From Fibrobacteria bacterium (GTDB lineage Bacteria > Fibrobacterota > Chitinivibrionia > Chitinivibrionales > FEN-1185), in NCBI GenBank assembly GCA_037447435.1, contig JBBIGR010000035.1:1-56230 (forward strand): 56,230 nt of DNA, written 5' to 3'. The position numbers and the translations under genes are program-made. Below the pieces are notes generated by a model that worked only from the letters and a program-made list of their open reading frames with translations, had not been told where the DNA came from and ran no database searches. How positions within the stretch are numbered: position 1 is the first letter of the stretch; each line of letters opens with the position of its first letter. Below, one piece after another: positions 18,404 through 28,519 of the stretch.

Positions 18404-21181
18404 CTATTTCTTGGCCGCAGATTGCGCCGGTTGAACCTGTTTCTGCTGACTTGCGGCATATGCCATAAGTTGCTGCCTAAACTGGGACGCACGCCGGTCG
18501 CCGGGATGAGCGTCTTCAAATGAAGCGATCACCGCGATGGCGCTGTCGATTTGGTTTTGCGAAAGATAATTCCTCGCAAGGCTTTCGAACCCGTTGTAAT
18601 AGTTGGGATCGCGCTTGATGAGATCCTTGAGTGCGGGGATGGCGTCTTTACTTTTTCCTTCCATTTCCAGCACTTCAGAAAGCATTCTCATGAATTCAGG
18701 ATTTTTAGGATCCGAAGCGACTGCCTCGCGGGCGCTTTTCTCGGCTTCGGCAAGTTTCCCGTGATTGAGATAGAATTCCTGCAGCAAAGCGCGCGGACGC
18801 CAATCCCAGGATACGATCTTGACGCATTTTTTAAGTTCCGATATTGCAAGGTCGAGCTTTTCGTTATACGCTTGCTGCTTTACCTGAAACGCCGCTTTTT
18901 TCTCGTCGAGAGCAGGGGCTTTTTTCGCCGCCGCCTCTGCAATTTGCTTTTGCAACGTATCGAGCTCGGCCTTCTGATCCATGAGCGGTTTGCGCAGGGA
19001 TAAAGCCAATTCCACGAAACAAGCGGTGTAATTGGATTCCAGCCCTTTGGCGGCCTCGTCGACCGGGTCGTCGGTAATTTTACCGGTGCCGAAACGATAG
19101 ACGTGATCGAGAAGGTATGCGGTTTTTTCTATATTGATCCGCTGGTCGGCCGGGGTCGGCGTCCGATTGATCCGGTATACCAAACCTTCCATTTGTAAAT
19201 ACCGGTCGAGCCCCATGAAATTGTCGTCGCCAACGGTGACGGCAAAATAAATGGGCTTGCGCCACCGATTCGAATCTACAATGTTAAGTACCATCTTGTC
19301 TTGAATGCGCATGGCGTTTTGCTGCTGGCGTCCGGGAATAAGGACTTGTATACCCGCATTGGGCAACGTATACGGCGTCGGTTCGGTAAACGGGTTGAGT
19401 TCCGCATTGAGCATGTCGATCTGCGCACGAGAAAACGATATCGGCACTTTGGGATCCACGTCTTTGAGTTGCTTAATGTACCATTCCGTATTGAGCAGGC
19501 TCAAATTGATGATGCGGACGTCCGTGCGTATGCCGAACGCTTCCTGCAATGCCCATAAGGGGAACGTATCGTTGTCGCCGTTGGTAATGAGGATCGCGTC
19601 TTTGTCGCAGGACATAAGGAAATTGTACGCCGCGTCAAAGGGCAGCCAGTTCATATGACGGTCGCGCGCCTTGTAGTTTTGCGTAAGGGGCAAGGCAGGC
19701 GAAATGAACAATGCTACGGCAAGAAGGGGAGCGACCGTGGTGCGCAAAACCTTGTTCTTGTTGGTAAACAGGGCCATGAGAATGCATCCCGAAGCGATGC
19801 CTACCCACATGCTGTAAAACATGAAACCCGCATTGAAAAAGTAATCGCGGACGCGGACTTCACGGTGCACGTTCGGCGCTGGGCCTTCGCGTCCGGCACG
19901 CATCCATGCAAGATAATCCTGATGTTCGGGTTTTGTACCGTCTGCAAAGTTCATATACCACGCCAAAACGAGTGTCGTCATCAAGGTGACCAAAATAAGA
20001 AGTACCGCAACGTTTTTATTTTTCCGGTAATAATAATACCAGGCGAAAAGCATGAATCCGGTTGGGATGAGATAAATAAGCAGTTTCAATATGCCTGCAG
20101 GCCCATCGGTTTCGAGGAAATTTTTCTGATAATCTTTGGGGCTGAAATGGAAAAACTGGGTGATATGGAAACCGCCGTACCCCATGTTGCTTTCGATGCC
20201 GAATTGGCGGCCTAAATCACCACGGCGCCAAAACGACCGCGATACCATGCTCTCGTTGCCGTATTGTTTTCTGTCGAGCGCATCGGTAAAGGATTGCCAG
20301 GTGACCGGATGGTTTTCATCGATTGACGGATTGAGGGCCGAGCGTATCGGCATATACAAATGGTTGGAAAATCCCACGACCGAGAGGAATGAAAACCAGA
20401 AGCAAAACTGCCATTTTCTCTGGTTTTGCCCATTGATAAGCATCATCAAAAACGTGACCACCGTGCTTATGGAGCTGACGATGATGAAATACGAAAGATT
20501 GTACATGAACGTTGCCATGCAAACGCCGACGAGCCAGAGCCGCCAGTCTTTGCGTTTTGTTTCGTCGGACATCATGATAAATAAGAATATCGCCGGCATG
20601 GTTATGCCGGAAATCATATGCATGCCGATGCCTGCGAACCCGACATAGGTGAGCAACAACAGCAGGCGGTCGCGCTTGGGATCTTTTGACTGCGACCAGG
20701 CAAGCGCAAGCCACATAGAAATAACAACGGGTAACAAACAGACATTGCTTTGTTCCGATGCTTCGAGCGAGCAGAACCAAAAGGTGTTGCTGAATGCGCA
20801 CAATAAAGCGCCTGAAACGCCGGCGCAATATATGGAAATCCGTTTCCAGGTGGTGTCGGGTTGGCCGATGATGATGATCATGGCGCGAACGACGATGAGA
20901 TAAATGAACATCGCGGTAGCGGCACTGCCGAGCGCGGTAACCAGATTGAGCCGGAACCCCGGGTCTTTGAGAAACGAAAGGAGTTGATAACATACTCTAC
21001 CGATAAGAATAAGAAACGGCGTTCCCGGGGGATGCGGAATGCCGAGGTCCCCGGAAGCGGCAAGGTATTCCCCGCAATCCCACAACGCAACCGTTGGGCC
21101 GCAGGTCATGATATAAACTATCGACGCGACAAGAAAAACCAAAAACGCAAGCGCAGCATTCGTGTTCTTATGAGAAAACAT
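18404..21181 (-). CDS. DUF2723 / TMEM260-like GT-C membrane glycosyltransferase with C-terminal TPRs
   Basis: WDCGEY, GIPHPPGTP, RDYFF, TNGDNDTFPLW, NLSLLNTEWY; many TMs; TPR tail. Confidence 0.88.
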   Translation of the reverse strand: MFSHKNTNAALAFLVFLVASIVYIMTCGPTVALWDCGEYLAASGDLGIPHPPGTPFLILIGRVCYQLLSFLKDPGFRLNLVTALGSAATAMFIYLIVVRAMIIIIGQPDTTWKRISIYCAGVSGALLCAFSNTFWFCSLEASEQSNVCLLPVVISMWLALAWSQSKDPKRDRLLLLLTYVGFAGIGMHMISGITMPAIFLFIMMSDETKRKDWRLWLVGVCMATFMYNLSYFIIVSSISTVVTFLMMLINGQNQRKWQFCFWFSFLSVVGFSNHLYMPIRSALNPSIDENHPVTWQSFTDALDRKQYGNESMVSRSFWRRGDLGRQFGIESNMGYGGFHITQFFHFSPKDYQKNFLETDGPAGILKLLIYLIPTGFMLFAWYYYYRKNKNVAVLLILVTLMTTLVLAWYMNFADGTKPEHQDYLAWMRAGREGPAPNVHREVRVRDYFFNAGFMFYSMWVGIASGCILMALFTNKNKVLRTTVAPLLAVALFISPALPLTQNYKARDRHMNWLPFDAAYNFLMSCDKDAILITNGDNDTFPLWALQEAFGIRTDVRIINLSLLNTEWYIKQLKDVDPKVPISFSRAQIDMLNAELNPFTEPTPYTLPNAGIQVLIPGRQQQNAMRIQDKMVLNIVDSNRWRKPIYFAVTVGDDNFMGLDRYLQMEGLVYRINRTPTPADQRINIEKTAYLLDHVYRFGTGKITDDPVDEAAKGLESNYTACFVELALSLRKPLMDQKAELDTLQKQIAEAAAKKAPALDEKKAAFQVKQQAYNEKLDLAISELKKCVKIVSWDWRPRALLQEFYLNHGKLAEAEKSAREAVASDPKNPEFMRMLSEVLEMEGKSKDAIPALKDLIKRDPNYYNGFESLARNYLSQNQIDSAIAVIASFEDAHPGDRRASQFRQQLMAYAASQQKQVQPAQSAAKK

Positions 21182-21300
21182 ACCTTGCCTTTCTTTATCC
21201 TTAAAATAGAGTTGTAGTTGCAATGTTTAATAATCTAACAAAAATACCTATTTAGCAGACCCGAAGTGAAATTCTTCCTGCTTGGGTTGAATTTTTTTTT

Positions 21301-21316
21301 TGGCTGCTTTTTTGCT
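21301..21316 (+). promoter_or_regulatory. sigma54 promoter
   Basis: TGGCTGCTTTTTTGCT. Confidence 0.5.
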
Positions 21317-21353
21317 GCATATTTTAAAATCGGCAGACAAAACGTTTTTCCGG

Positions 21354-21382
21354 GTAACCTGTTTTCCCAAAAAACGGTCTAA
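21354..21382 (+). promoter_or_regulatory. ECF-type promoter
   Basis: GTAACC-N16-GGTCTAA. Confidence 0.6.
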
Positions 21383-21419
21383 TCCAATAACGACTAAAAC
21401 CAATCACAAGGAGGAGCGT

Positions 21420-21962
21420 ATGAATAGACTAGTTGTGTGTTTGGCCATTATTACGGTAATGGCATGGCAACAAAGCATCAATGCTTCGGAAGAGCAATAT
21501 CAGGGCTTGAAGATCAGTACCGACAATACCACTCACATAACCTACATAGTGAACAAGAATTTACAAACATATTTGGGAATCGAAAGTGAATTCGATTTTA
21601 ACCTTTCGCAGGAAGGAAAGCCCGTTAAAGGCTCTATTGTTTTTAAAAACGGCGTTGTCCGCGACATGAATCCGGAAGAATTGTCGCTGTATTTTGCCGA
21701 AGCCGGAGGTCCCAATGCGGTTTGGGATTACGGCAAAGAACACGGAAGGGTAACATCGTTTGCACTTGCCAACGAAAAACTGCCGAATGAAAGCTTCGGC
21801 AAAACTTCCCGGCTAATAACCAACGATGGGAAACGGTATATCGGACGCCTGACCAAAATGGCTGACAAAGCCGACGGGTATTTACTGGTGGTAGACGGCG
21901 CGTGCTGCGGCCCCTTGCCCTTTAACGCCAATACGATAAGCGAAATCCAACAAATGAAATAA
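21420..21962 (+). CDS. Secreted hypothetical protein
   Basis: RBS AAGGAGGAG; signal peptide; vicinal CC near the C-terminus. Confidence 0.8.
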   Translation: MNRLVVCLAIITVMAWQQSINASEEQYQGLKISTDNTTHITYIVNKNLQTYLGIESEFDFNLSQEGKPVKGSIVFKNGVVRDMNPEELSLYFAEAGGPNAVWDYGKEHGRVTSFALANEKLPNESFGKTSRLITNDGKRYIGRLTKMADKADGYLLVVDGACCGPLPFNANTISEIQQMK

Positions 21963-21994
21963 ACCGGTTTAAGTATTACTATTAAATTAACCGC

Positions 21995-22029
21995 GGGCCG
22001 TCCGGCATGAGGACGGCCCTTTGTTTTTT
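21995..22029 (+). terminator. Intrinsic terminator
   Basis: GGGCCGTCC/GGACGGCCC followed by a T-tract. Confidence 0.75.
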
Positions 22030-22101
22030 GCAATTATCTATTTTATGCACTACGCATCAATGCGGGCGGCCGGTTTGGGGACCGCGGTGTTTAAGATAAA
22101 A

Positions 22102-22129
22102 GAAACCTTTTCAATTGTTTCGGGTCTAA
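22102..22129 (+). promoter_or_regulatory. ECF-type promoter, probably autoregulatory
   Basis: GAAACC-N15-GGTCTAA ending just before ATG 22133. Confidence 0.6.
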
Positions 22130-22132
22130 TTA

Positions 22133-22720
22133 ATGAATAATGAATTGCGGGTGGAAGAAGACCTGGTCATACGGTCCCGGCAGGGCGATAAGGAAGCAAT
22201 ACGGCAATTGCTTGTCGATAACAGCGTGATGATACGCGCGGTTATCGCTAAAATGACGCGTAATGCGGATTTGCAAAAAGACATCTTTCAGGATATCGTG
22301 ATACGAATTATTAATAGTGTAGGCGGGTTTAAAGGAAATTGCAAACTGAGTACATGGCTTTATCGGATCGCGGTCAATGTCGCGCTTACGACTTTATCCA
22401 AGGAGAACCGTTCTAAAAAAGATCTGAATCTGGACGATGCGGGCCAGCACGTTTTAGGGCAAGATCAGACCATTGAGCTTGGCATTGAAAGAAAAGAGCT
22501 GTTTGCACAAGCGATGAGCGTTGTTGCCAAAATGTCGGAAAGCAGCAGGGACATTTTCTCCCTTTTCTATTTTGCCGACATCAGTATCGACGAGATCGCC
22601 AAGCAAACAGGCAAAAGCGAGAATGCGATAAAGGCGGTTTTGTTCAAAGGGAGAAAAGCCATTACCGAGCATTTGGAAAAAAAAGGATTTTTGGAAGCGT
22701 ATGAAATGCCCCATAACTGA
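22133..22720 (+). CDS. ECF RNA polymerase sigma factor
   Basis: DIFQD, FKGNCKLSTWLYRIAVN, region 4 (SIDEIA...AIKAVL). Confidence 0.9.
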   Translation: MNNELRVEEDLVIRSRQGDKEAIRQLLVDNSVMIRAVIAKMTRNADLQKDIFQDIVIRIINSVGGFKGNCKLSTWLYRIAVNVALTTLSKENRSKKDLNLDDAGQHVLGQDQTIELGIERKELFAQAMSVVAKMSESSRDIFSLFYFADISIDEIAKQTGKSENAIKAVLFKGRKAITEHLEKKGFLEAYEMPHN

Positions 22721-23681
22721 AAAGCAAATATATCTGTATTGCGATAACCTGATTTGCGAGAAAGACAGGGCGGTTGTCAAAGAACATATCGATTCTTGCG
22801 CACGCTGCGGGAAAATATACAACGCTGCGCGCAAAGGGCTTTCGGCATTTGTCGGGGATGCTTTTTTGGAACCGATGTTGTCTGAGCGCGTTGCACATGA
22901 AATAATAAACACGTCTTTACGTGAGAGTAAAAAACCAGTCAAAACCCGGATATTGCAATTTCCGAAAATGGCGTACGGTATTGCCGCAGCCGCGGCTTTG
23001 GCCGCTGCTCTTGGAATTTCGACGCCGCTGATTATGCACGCGTTTCATCCGGCCCATGCAGTGAGCCGGGCAGCGATCCCTGTGAAGGGATCCGCTGCGG
23101 CCATTGCCGACTCATTGTCGGGCGAAGACGTTCCCGCACCGGTTTCCCGGTCAAGCAAACAGAGCGGCGTAAAAAACAGGGAAGCCGATTACGGGGCGAT
23201 TCGCGTTTTGATACGCCGCGGCAAATACGACAGTGCGATTATCGCCATACCGAGTTTCATTGCCGGGCATCCGAATTGGGACGACGCGGACATGGCATTC
23301 AGTGATCTTGCGTTATGCTATTGCAGGCTCGGGGCATGGGACAATGCCCTGGCCGCCTTTGCGAAAGTTTCGGCACTCACCAAAGACAGTCTTGTCCGTG
23401 AAGGTGCGTTGCATAGGACGAACAGCATTCTTTTTACCGAGCTTTCGCGTATCGACGAGGCCGACGCCGGCGTTGCAAAATACCTGGCGACCTATCCCCG
23501 CGGCACGTGGCGGGAATTGGAATACATTCTGTTCATCCGGATAAAAATTGCCAAGCACGATCGTGCGGAAGCGGTGACGCTGCTCAAGCGGTTCAAAATG
23601 GAATTTCCATCGTCGCGCATTGCCGTAAACCTGCATAATGAAATTAAACAGATGAACAAGGTCGCGACGATAAACAAATAG
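22701..23681 (+). CDS. Zinc-binding anti-sigma factor with TM and TPR domain
   Basis: HIDSCARC (HxxxCxxC), one TM, TPR-like helices; overlaps the ECF gene. Confidence 0.8.
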   Translation: MKCPITEKQIYLYCDNLICEKDRAVVKEHIDSCARCGKIYNAARKGLSAFVGDAFLEPMLSERVAHEIINTSLRESKKPVKTRILQFPKMAYGIAAAAALAAALGISTPLIMHAFHPAHAVSRAAIPVKGSAAAIADSLSGEDVPAPVSRSSKQSGVKNREADYGAIRVLIRRGKYDSAIIAIPSFIAGHPNWDDADMAFSDLALCYCRLGAWDNALAAFAKVSALTKDSLVREGALHRTNSILFTELSRIDEADAGVAKYLATYPRGTWRELEYILFIRIKIAKHDRAEAVTLLKRFKMEFPSSRIAVNLHNEIKQMNKVATINK

Positions 23682-23699
23682 CAATGTGGGAATTATCTC

Positions 23700-24494
23700 T
23701 TACGAAGGCCTTTTAACCGCCACGCATTCCCGGATCACCCTGTTCAGTGCATAATACAGCGACGAAATCACCGTGATATGATACCCGTCCGCTTCGAGTT
23801 CCTCGGGAGCGGTGAGTAATTTTGTGCAGCATTTGCCGTTCTCGAACGTTTCGATGAATTCCTTGTTTTGCGCTAGGATTTTATAATCGCCGGATTCGAG
23901 CCCGACAAATGTAAACGGAATGACGGTAAGGGCCTTCTTGCCCGGTTCGGGCAGCGGCGCGGCCGCTTCCTGTGCACGTTGCTTTTGTTCGAGCCGTATC
24001 ATTCGTGCCGTGGCATCGGGCAAAGCGTCGTTTACCGACATTTCGACCCAATCGAGGAGCTTCGCACGGATGGCATGAATATCGGCAATGCTTTCGAACA
24101 TGACTGCGTCGGGTGCCTTGGAGACCGCTTTTGCCAGGCTCGACAATTCCTTAAGATAGGCTACCCGTTGCGTATCGGGAATGTAATACATGATGACGAT
24201 GTGCACCGGTTTATTGTCGGGCGCTCCGTATTCTATCCCGTTGGGAGACCAGCCGACGGCGCATAACAGTTCACCTTCGCGCTTGATCCGTACGTGAGGA
24301 CAGCCGATGCCCTTGCCAAGCGCGGTATTGCCTTCGGCCTCGCGTTCCCGGACTTCCTTGACAATGTCGACACTCGATTGGATGCCGGGGATGGCTTCGA
24401 GCAAAAGCGCTAAAAACTCAAGCGCCTCATTTTTATCGTTTGTCGGTAATTCGACAAGCCGGCCTTCCTGTAATGCGTCTAATAGGCTTTTCAT
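23700..24494 (-). CDS. PTS EIIA (Fru/Ntr-type) domain protein with uncharacterised C-terminal domain
   Basis: REREAEGNTALGKGIGCPHVR, GIEYGAPDNKPVH. Confidence 0.85.
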   Translation of the reverse strand: MKSLLDALQEGRLVELPTNDKNEALEFLALLLEAIPGIQSSVDIVKEVREREAEGNTALGKGIGCPHVRIKREGELLCAVGWSPNGIEYGAPDNKPVHIVIMYYIPDTQRVAYLKELSSLAKAVSKAPDAVMFESIADIHAIRAKLLDWVEMSVNDALPDATARMIRLEQKQRAQEAAAPLPEPGKKALTVIPFTFVGLESGDYKILAQNKEFIETFENGKCCTKLLTAPEELEADGYHITVISSLYYALNRVIRECVAVKRPS

Positions 24495-27134
24495 TTATAC
24501 TCCCAACTTCCGGTGAACATACGACTTGATAAAATGAGTTATGGTCCCGTACAAGAAAAGGAAACCGGCGATCCATAGCCAGTAAATCGAAGGAAGCGGC
24601 ACCAACCCCAGGTAATGCGCTATCGGCGAGTACGGAAGAACTGCGCCGATACCCATGACCGCAATGGTGGAGAACACAAGCAATATGCTCGGCCTGCTCT
24701 GGAAAAACGGTATTTTATTGGTACGAATAATATGCACGATCAACGTTTGGGTTAAAAGCGATTCGACAAACCATCCCGTGTGAAACAGTTGTTCGAAATA
24801 GGACTTCATGGCCGGGGATGTTGCGGCATGCGAAAAATCCCAGCATTTGAAAACGATAAGCATAAGGAAAAACGTCGCGTAATCGAATACGGAACTTATC
24901 GGCCCGATATACATCATGAATTTCCGTATGAAACTGATGTCCCATCGCTGCGGCTTTTTGATGAGTTCCGCATCGACGTTGTCGGTGGGTATTCCTGTTT
25001 GTGAAATGTCGTACAGGAGGTTGTTTGCCAGGACCTGAATCGGCGCCATGGGCAAGAACGGAAGAAAGTAGCCGCCGCCGATGACGCTGAACATGTTTCC
25101 GAAATTCGAACTGGCGCCCATTTTTATATATTTGATGATGTTTGCAAAAACTTTCCGGCCTTCTAAAATACCCTCTTCGAGAACGAGCAGGCTGCGCTCG
25201 AGTAAGATGATATCTGCCGATTCTTTTGCCACATCAACGGCCGTATCGACCGAAATGCCGACATCGGCCGCCTTGAGCGCCGGCGCATCATTGATACCGT
25301 CTCCCAGAAACCCGACGATGGCGCCCTGGGCCCGGAGTCCTTTTATGATTTGTTCTTTTTGCAAGGGAGAAAGACGGGCGAAAACCGTGGTCTCGCGAAG
25401 AGCTGCGGCAAACGATGCCTCGTCCATTTGTTCGAGCTGCGGGCCGGTGACGAGATGGTCGGCCGAAAGCCCGACGTCTTTACATACTTTCCTGGTGACG
25501 AGGTCGTTATCTCCTGTCAACACTTTCACCGTTACGCCGGATTTTTGCAATGCGGCGATGGCTGCCGCTGCCGTATCTTTGGGCGGGTCGAAAAACGCCA
25601 CGTACCCGAGCAGGACAAGATGGCTTTCATCGGCAATGCCGAATACCTCGTGGGAAAGCGGGAATTCCCGATATGCGACCGCCAAAACCCGATACCCGTC
25701 GGCACTCAGGTCGCGATAATCTTCCAATAAGTCGCGTTTGATAACGTCGGCAAGCGGGTATATTTCGTCGTCGATCTGATAGCTGTCGCACGCAATGTAT
25801 ACGTCTTCGACCGATCCTTTGCAAATGAGTACGTGGGTTTCCTCATAATCGATAACCACCGACATGCGTTTGCGTTTGAAATCGAAAGGGATTTCGTCGA
25901 CCTTGCGGCAGTTTTTTTCGACGTCGAGGTCTTCGTGGTTGAGAATCGCTTTGTCCAGAAGGTTGCGCAATCCGGTCTGGTAATAGCTGTTCATATACGC
26001 GTAACGCAAGACGTCGAGACTTTCCCGGTTGGAAACATCGACATACTTTTCGAGCACGACCCGGTCCTGCGTGAGCGTGCCGGTTTTATCGGTGCACAGG
26101 ATGTTCATGCTGCCCAGGTTTTGAATTGCCTTGAGTTTTTTGACAATGACCTTTTTCCGCGACATGGCGATTGCGCCTTTCGAAAGGCAAACCGACATGA
26201 TCATGGGCAGCATTTCGGGTGTGAGACCCACCGCAACCGAAAGGCCGAACAGCAGGGCTTCCATCCAGTCGTGTTTGGTAATGCCGACGATAAGGAAGGT
26301 GAGCGATACCATGACGATCATGAATCGGATCATGAGCCATACGAACGACTGCACTCCCTTGTCGAATGCGGTAGATTCCTTTGCCGCACTCAGGTTTTTC
26401 GAAATGCTACCCAAAAAGGTACTTTGCCCCGTGCGAACGACAAGAGCGCGGGCGGTTCCGGAAACGACCGTACTTCCCTGAAAGCAGGCGTTTGGAAGTG
26501 CCAGAAGTTCGGTTTTTTTATCGGACGGAACGAATGCGGATTGTTTTTCGATGGGCATCGATTCACCCGTGAGGGCCGATTGACTGACGAAAAAATCTTT
26601 GGTCGAAAGAATCCTGAGATCCGCGGGAATTATCGAACCTGCGGCGAGGGACACGACGTCTCCGGGTACGAGCTCGTCGATACGGACCTGGATTTCTTTT
26701 CCTTCCCGTAAAGCAATCGCCGAGGTCTGTACCAGTTTCTTAAGGGATTGTGCGGCGCGGCTCGAACGCTGTTCCTGGAAAAACGACAACGAAACGCTTA
26801 AGACGATCATGAGGCTGACCACGACGCCGGAACGGATATCGTTCATGAGGAACGATACGATACAAATGACAAGCAATTGAATGACCAGCGGGTTTTTAAA
26901 GCGCTCGATAATGTCGAGAACGATGCCTTGCTGCGGTGCGGAATTAAACGTGTTTAATCCGTAGGTGGCGGTGCGTGATTCAACTTCCCCAAGGGAAAGC
27001 CCTTGCGGAACGCTTGAAAGGGTTTCAAGCGCATGTTGTTCGGATGAATTGCAGAGGGAGTAAAACGCCGCTTCGGTTACCTGCAACGCGCCTGTTTCCG
27101 CATTTTTATTTCCCGTCAAAAATGGAATCTTCAT
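24495..27134 (-). CDS. mgtA: Mg2+-translocating P-type ATPase (P3B)
   Basis: TGES, PEMLP, DKTGTLT, NSYYQTGLRNLLD, GDGIND, ASSNFGNMFS; start taken at ATG 27134. Confidence 0.95.
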   Translation of the reverse strand: MKIPFLTGNKNAETGALQVTEAAFYSLCNSSEQHALETLSSVPQGLSLGEVESRTATYGLNTFNSAPQQGIVLDIIERFKNPLVIQLLVICIVSFLMNDIRSGVVVSLMIVLSVSLSFFQEQRSSRAAQSLKKLVQTSAIALREGKEIQVRIDELVPGDVVSLAAGSIIPADLRILSTKDFFVSQSALTGESMPIEKQSAFVPSDKKTELLALPNACFQGSTVVSGTARALVVRTGQSTFLGSISKNLSAAKESTAFDKGVQSFVWLMIRFMIVMVSLTFLIVGITKHDWMEALLFGLSVAVGLTPEMLPMIMSVCLSKGAIAMSRKKVIVKKLKAIQNLGSMNILCTDKTGTLTQDRVVLEKYVDVSNRESLDVLRYAYMNSYYQTGLRNLLDKAILNHEDLDVEKNCRKVDEIPFDFKRKRMSVVIDYEETHVLICKGSVEDVYIACDSYQIDDEIYPLADVIKRDLLEDYRDLSADGYRVLAVAYREFPLSHEVFGIADESHLVLLGYVAFFDPPKDTAAAAIAALQKSGVTVKVLTGDNDLVTRKVCKDVGLSADHLVTGPQLEQMDEASFAAALRETTVFARLSPLQKEQIIKGLRAQGAIVGFLGDGINDAPALKAADVGISVDTAVDVAKESADIILLERSLLVLEEGILEGRKVFANIIKYIKMGASSNFGNMFSVIGGGYFLPFLPMAPIQVLANNLLYDISQTGIPTDNVDAELIKKPQRWDISFIRKFMMYIGPISSVFDYATFFLMLIVFKCWDFSHAATSPAMKSYFEQLFHTGWFVESLLTQTLIVHIIRTNKIPFFQSRPSILLVFSTIAVMGIGAVLPYSPIAHYLGLVPLPSIYWLWIAGFLFLYGTITHFIKSYVHRKLGV

Positions 27135-27364
27135 ATCGCGCAGTTTCCTTGCGGTATACGTTCCTACTCGAATCGTTGCAGACAAAAATAAATCTTTTAA
27201 TATGGAAAGAGTACGAATCAAAAAAATAAAAACTATTTTTCAGATCCGAATTTTGTATGCAACGTTATAAATCGTATAATGTGGTCATGATTAAAGTCAT
27301 CACCTATTTTCAATAAAACATACTAATCCGTTGCTTTGCCACTTTTGTGAAAAGGCGAAATACC

Positions 27365-28516
27365 ATGAATTGTTCCCGACTTGCTTTGTTTCTTTTGATT
27401 TTTGCTTCTTCGTTGATTGCCAGCGATGCTGCATCGGACAAATTGCTGATTCAATTTTTCGGGTCTTCGACCTGTGAAGAGTGTCATGAGATACAAACGC
27501 TGTTGCTTTCTCCTTTGGCAGCCCAATACAAAGATCGGATGGATTTGAAAATCCACGACTTGGAAACGGATTCCGGGTTCCGGCTTGCAACGACCATGGA
27601 GAAAATCTATAAGGTTTCCAAGCCTTCGCCGCAGGAACTTTTCCTGCCGGACACCTTTTTTACCGGCTATGCCGACATCATGAAAAAAGGGAAACAATAC
27701 ATTGAAGACCGCATAAACAATCCCGCATTGTGGAAGACGAAGAGCTTGACATTAGATACAAATAAGGTGAGCGCTAAGGCTGCAATCGAGGAAAAAGTCA
27801 GCATGTTCACTTTTATCGGGCTGTTTGCCGCAGGATTTATCGACGGCATCAATCCCTGCGCCATCGCAACCATGATTTTTCTCATATCGTTTCTCGGCAC
27901 TCAAAACCGTAAACGCAGAGACATACTGAAAATCGGGCTTACGTTTTCCGCAACGGTTTTCATCACCTATTTTCTTATAGGATTGGGCGCGTTCCGCGTG
28001 TTGACTTTAATGAGCCAATTTTATTGGCTTTCCCTGGGAATTCGAATTTTCGGCGTGGGGCTGGCGGTTTGGGTCGCCATTTGGAGCATTCGCGATGCGA
28101 TCGTGTATTATCGCACGCGAGACACCAATGCCATGAAAGTGCAGTTGCCCAAGCCGATAAAAATGCTCATTCATTCGGTGATCAAAGATAATTTGTCAAG
28201 CAATAAAATCGTTGTCGGCGCCGTCATTACCGGGTTTATCGTGACGTTGCTCGAAGGCGCCTGCACTGCGAAAATTTATTTGCCGACCATAGTCCTTATG
28301 ACCAAAGCCGTCGGATTCAAGCTGATCGGTTGGCTATTGCTGGTGTTTTACAATTTCTTATTTGTATTGCCGTTGCTCATCGTGCTCACTGCTGCAGCAT
28401 ACGGGCTTAAGTGGACAAAGCTGTCCAAATTCACCCAAAACCACATGGCGCTCATGAAGGTCTTGTTGGCAATTGTGCTTCTGGCGCTTGCGGCATTTAT
28501 TTCGGTCGGCAAATAG
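27365..28516 (+). CDS. Thioredoxin-like domain fused to a CcdA/DsbD-type membrane domain
   Basis: Signal peptide, CEEC, DGINPCA, LLEGACT, about 6 TMs. Confidence 0.8.
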   Translation: MNCSRLALFLLIFASSLIASDAASDKLLIQFFGSSTCEECHEIQTLLLSPLAAQYKDRMDLKIHDLETDSGFRLATTMEKIYKVSKPSPQELFLPDTFFTGYADIMKKGKQYIEDRINNPALWKTKSLTLDTNKVSAKAAIEEKVSMFTFIGLFAAGFIDGINPCAIATMIFLISFLGTQNRKRRDILKIGLTFSATVFITYFLIGLGAFRVLTLMSQFYWLSLGIRIFGVGLAVWVAIWSIRDAIVYYRTRDTNAMKVQLPKPIKMLIHSVIKDNLSSNKIVVGAVITGFIVTLLEGACTAKIYLPTIVLMTKAVGFKLIGWLLLVFYNFLFVLPLLIVLTAAAYGLKWTKLSKFTQNHMALMKVLLAIVLLALAAFISVGK

Positions 28517-28519
28517 GCA

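Noticed and set aside
27284..27304. ATGA-N6-TCAT palindrome as a Crp/Fnr site
   Set aside because: Too short and degenerate to support.
27135..27364. M-box riboswitch or MgtL-like leader before mgtA
   Set aside because: The region is short and AT-rich with no recognisable structure; the small upstream ORF MTLIMTTLYDL has no prolines.
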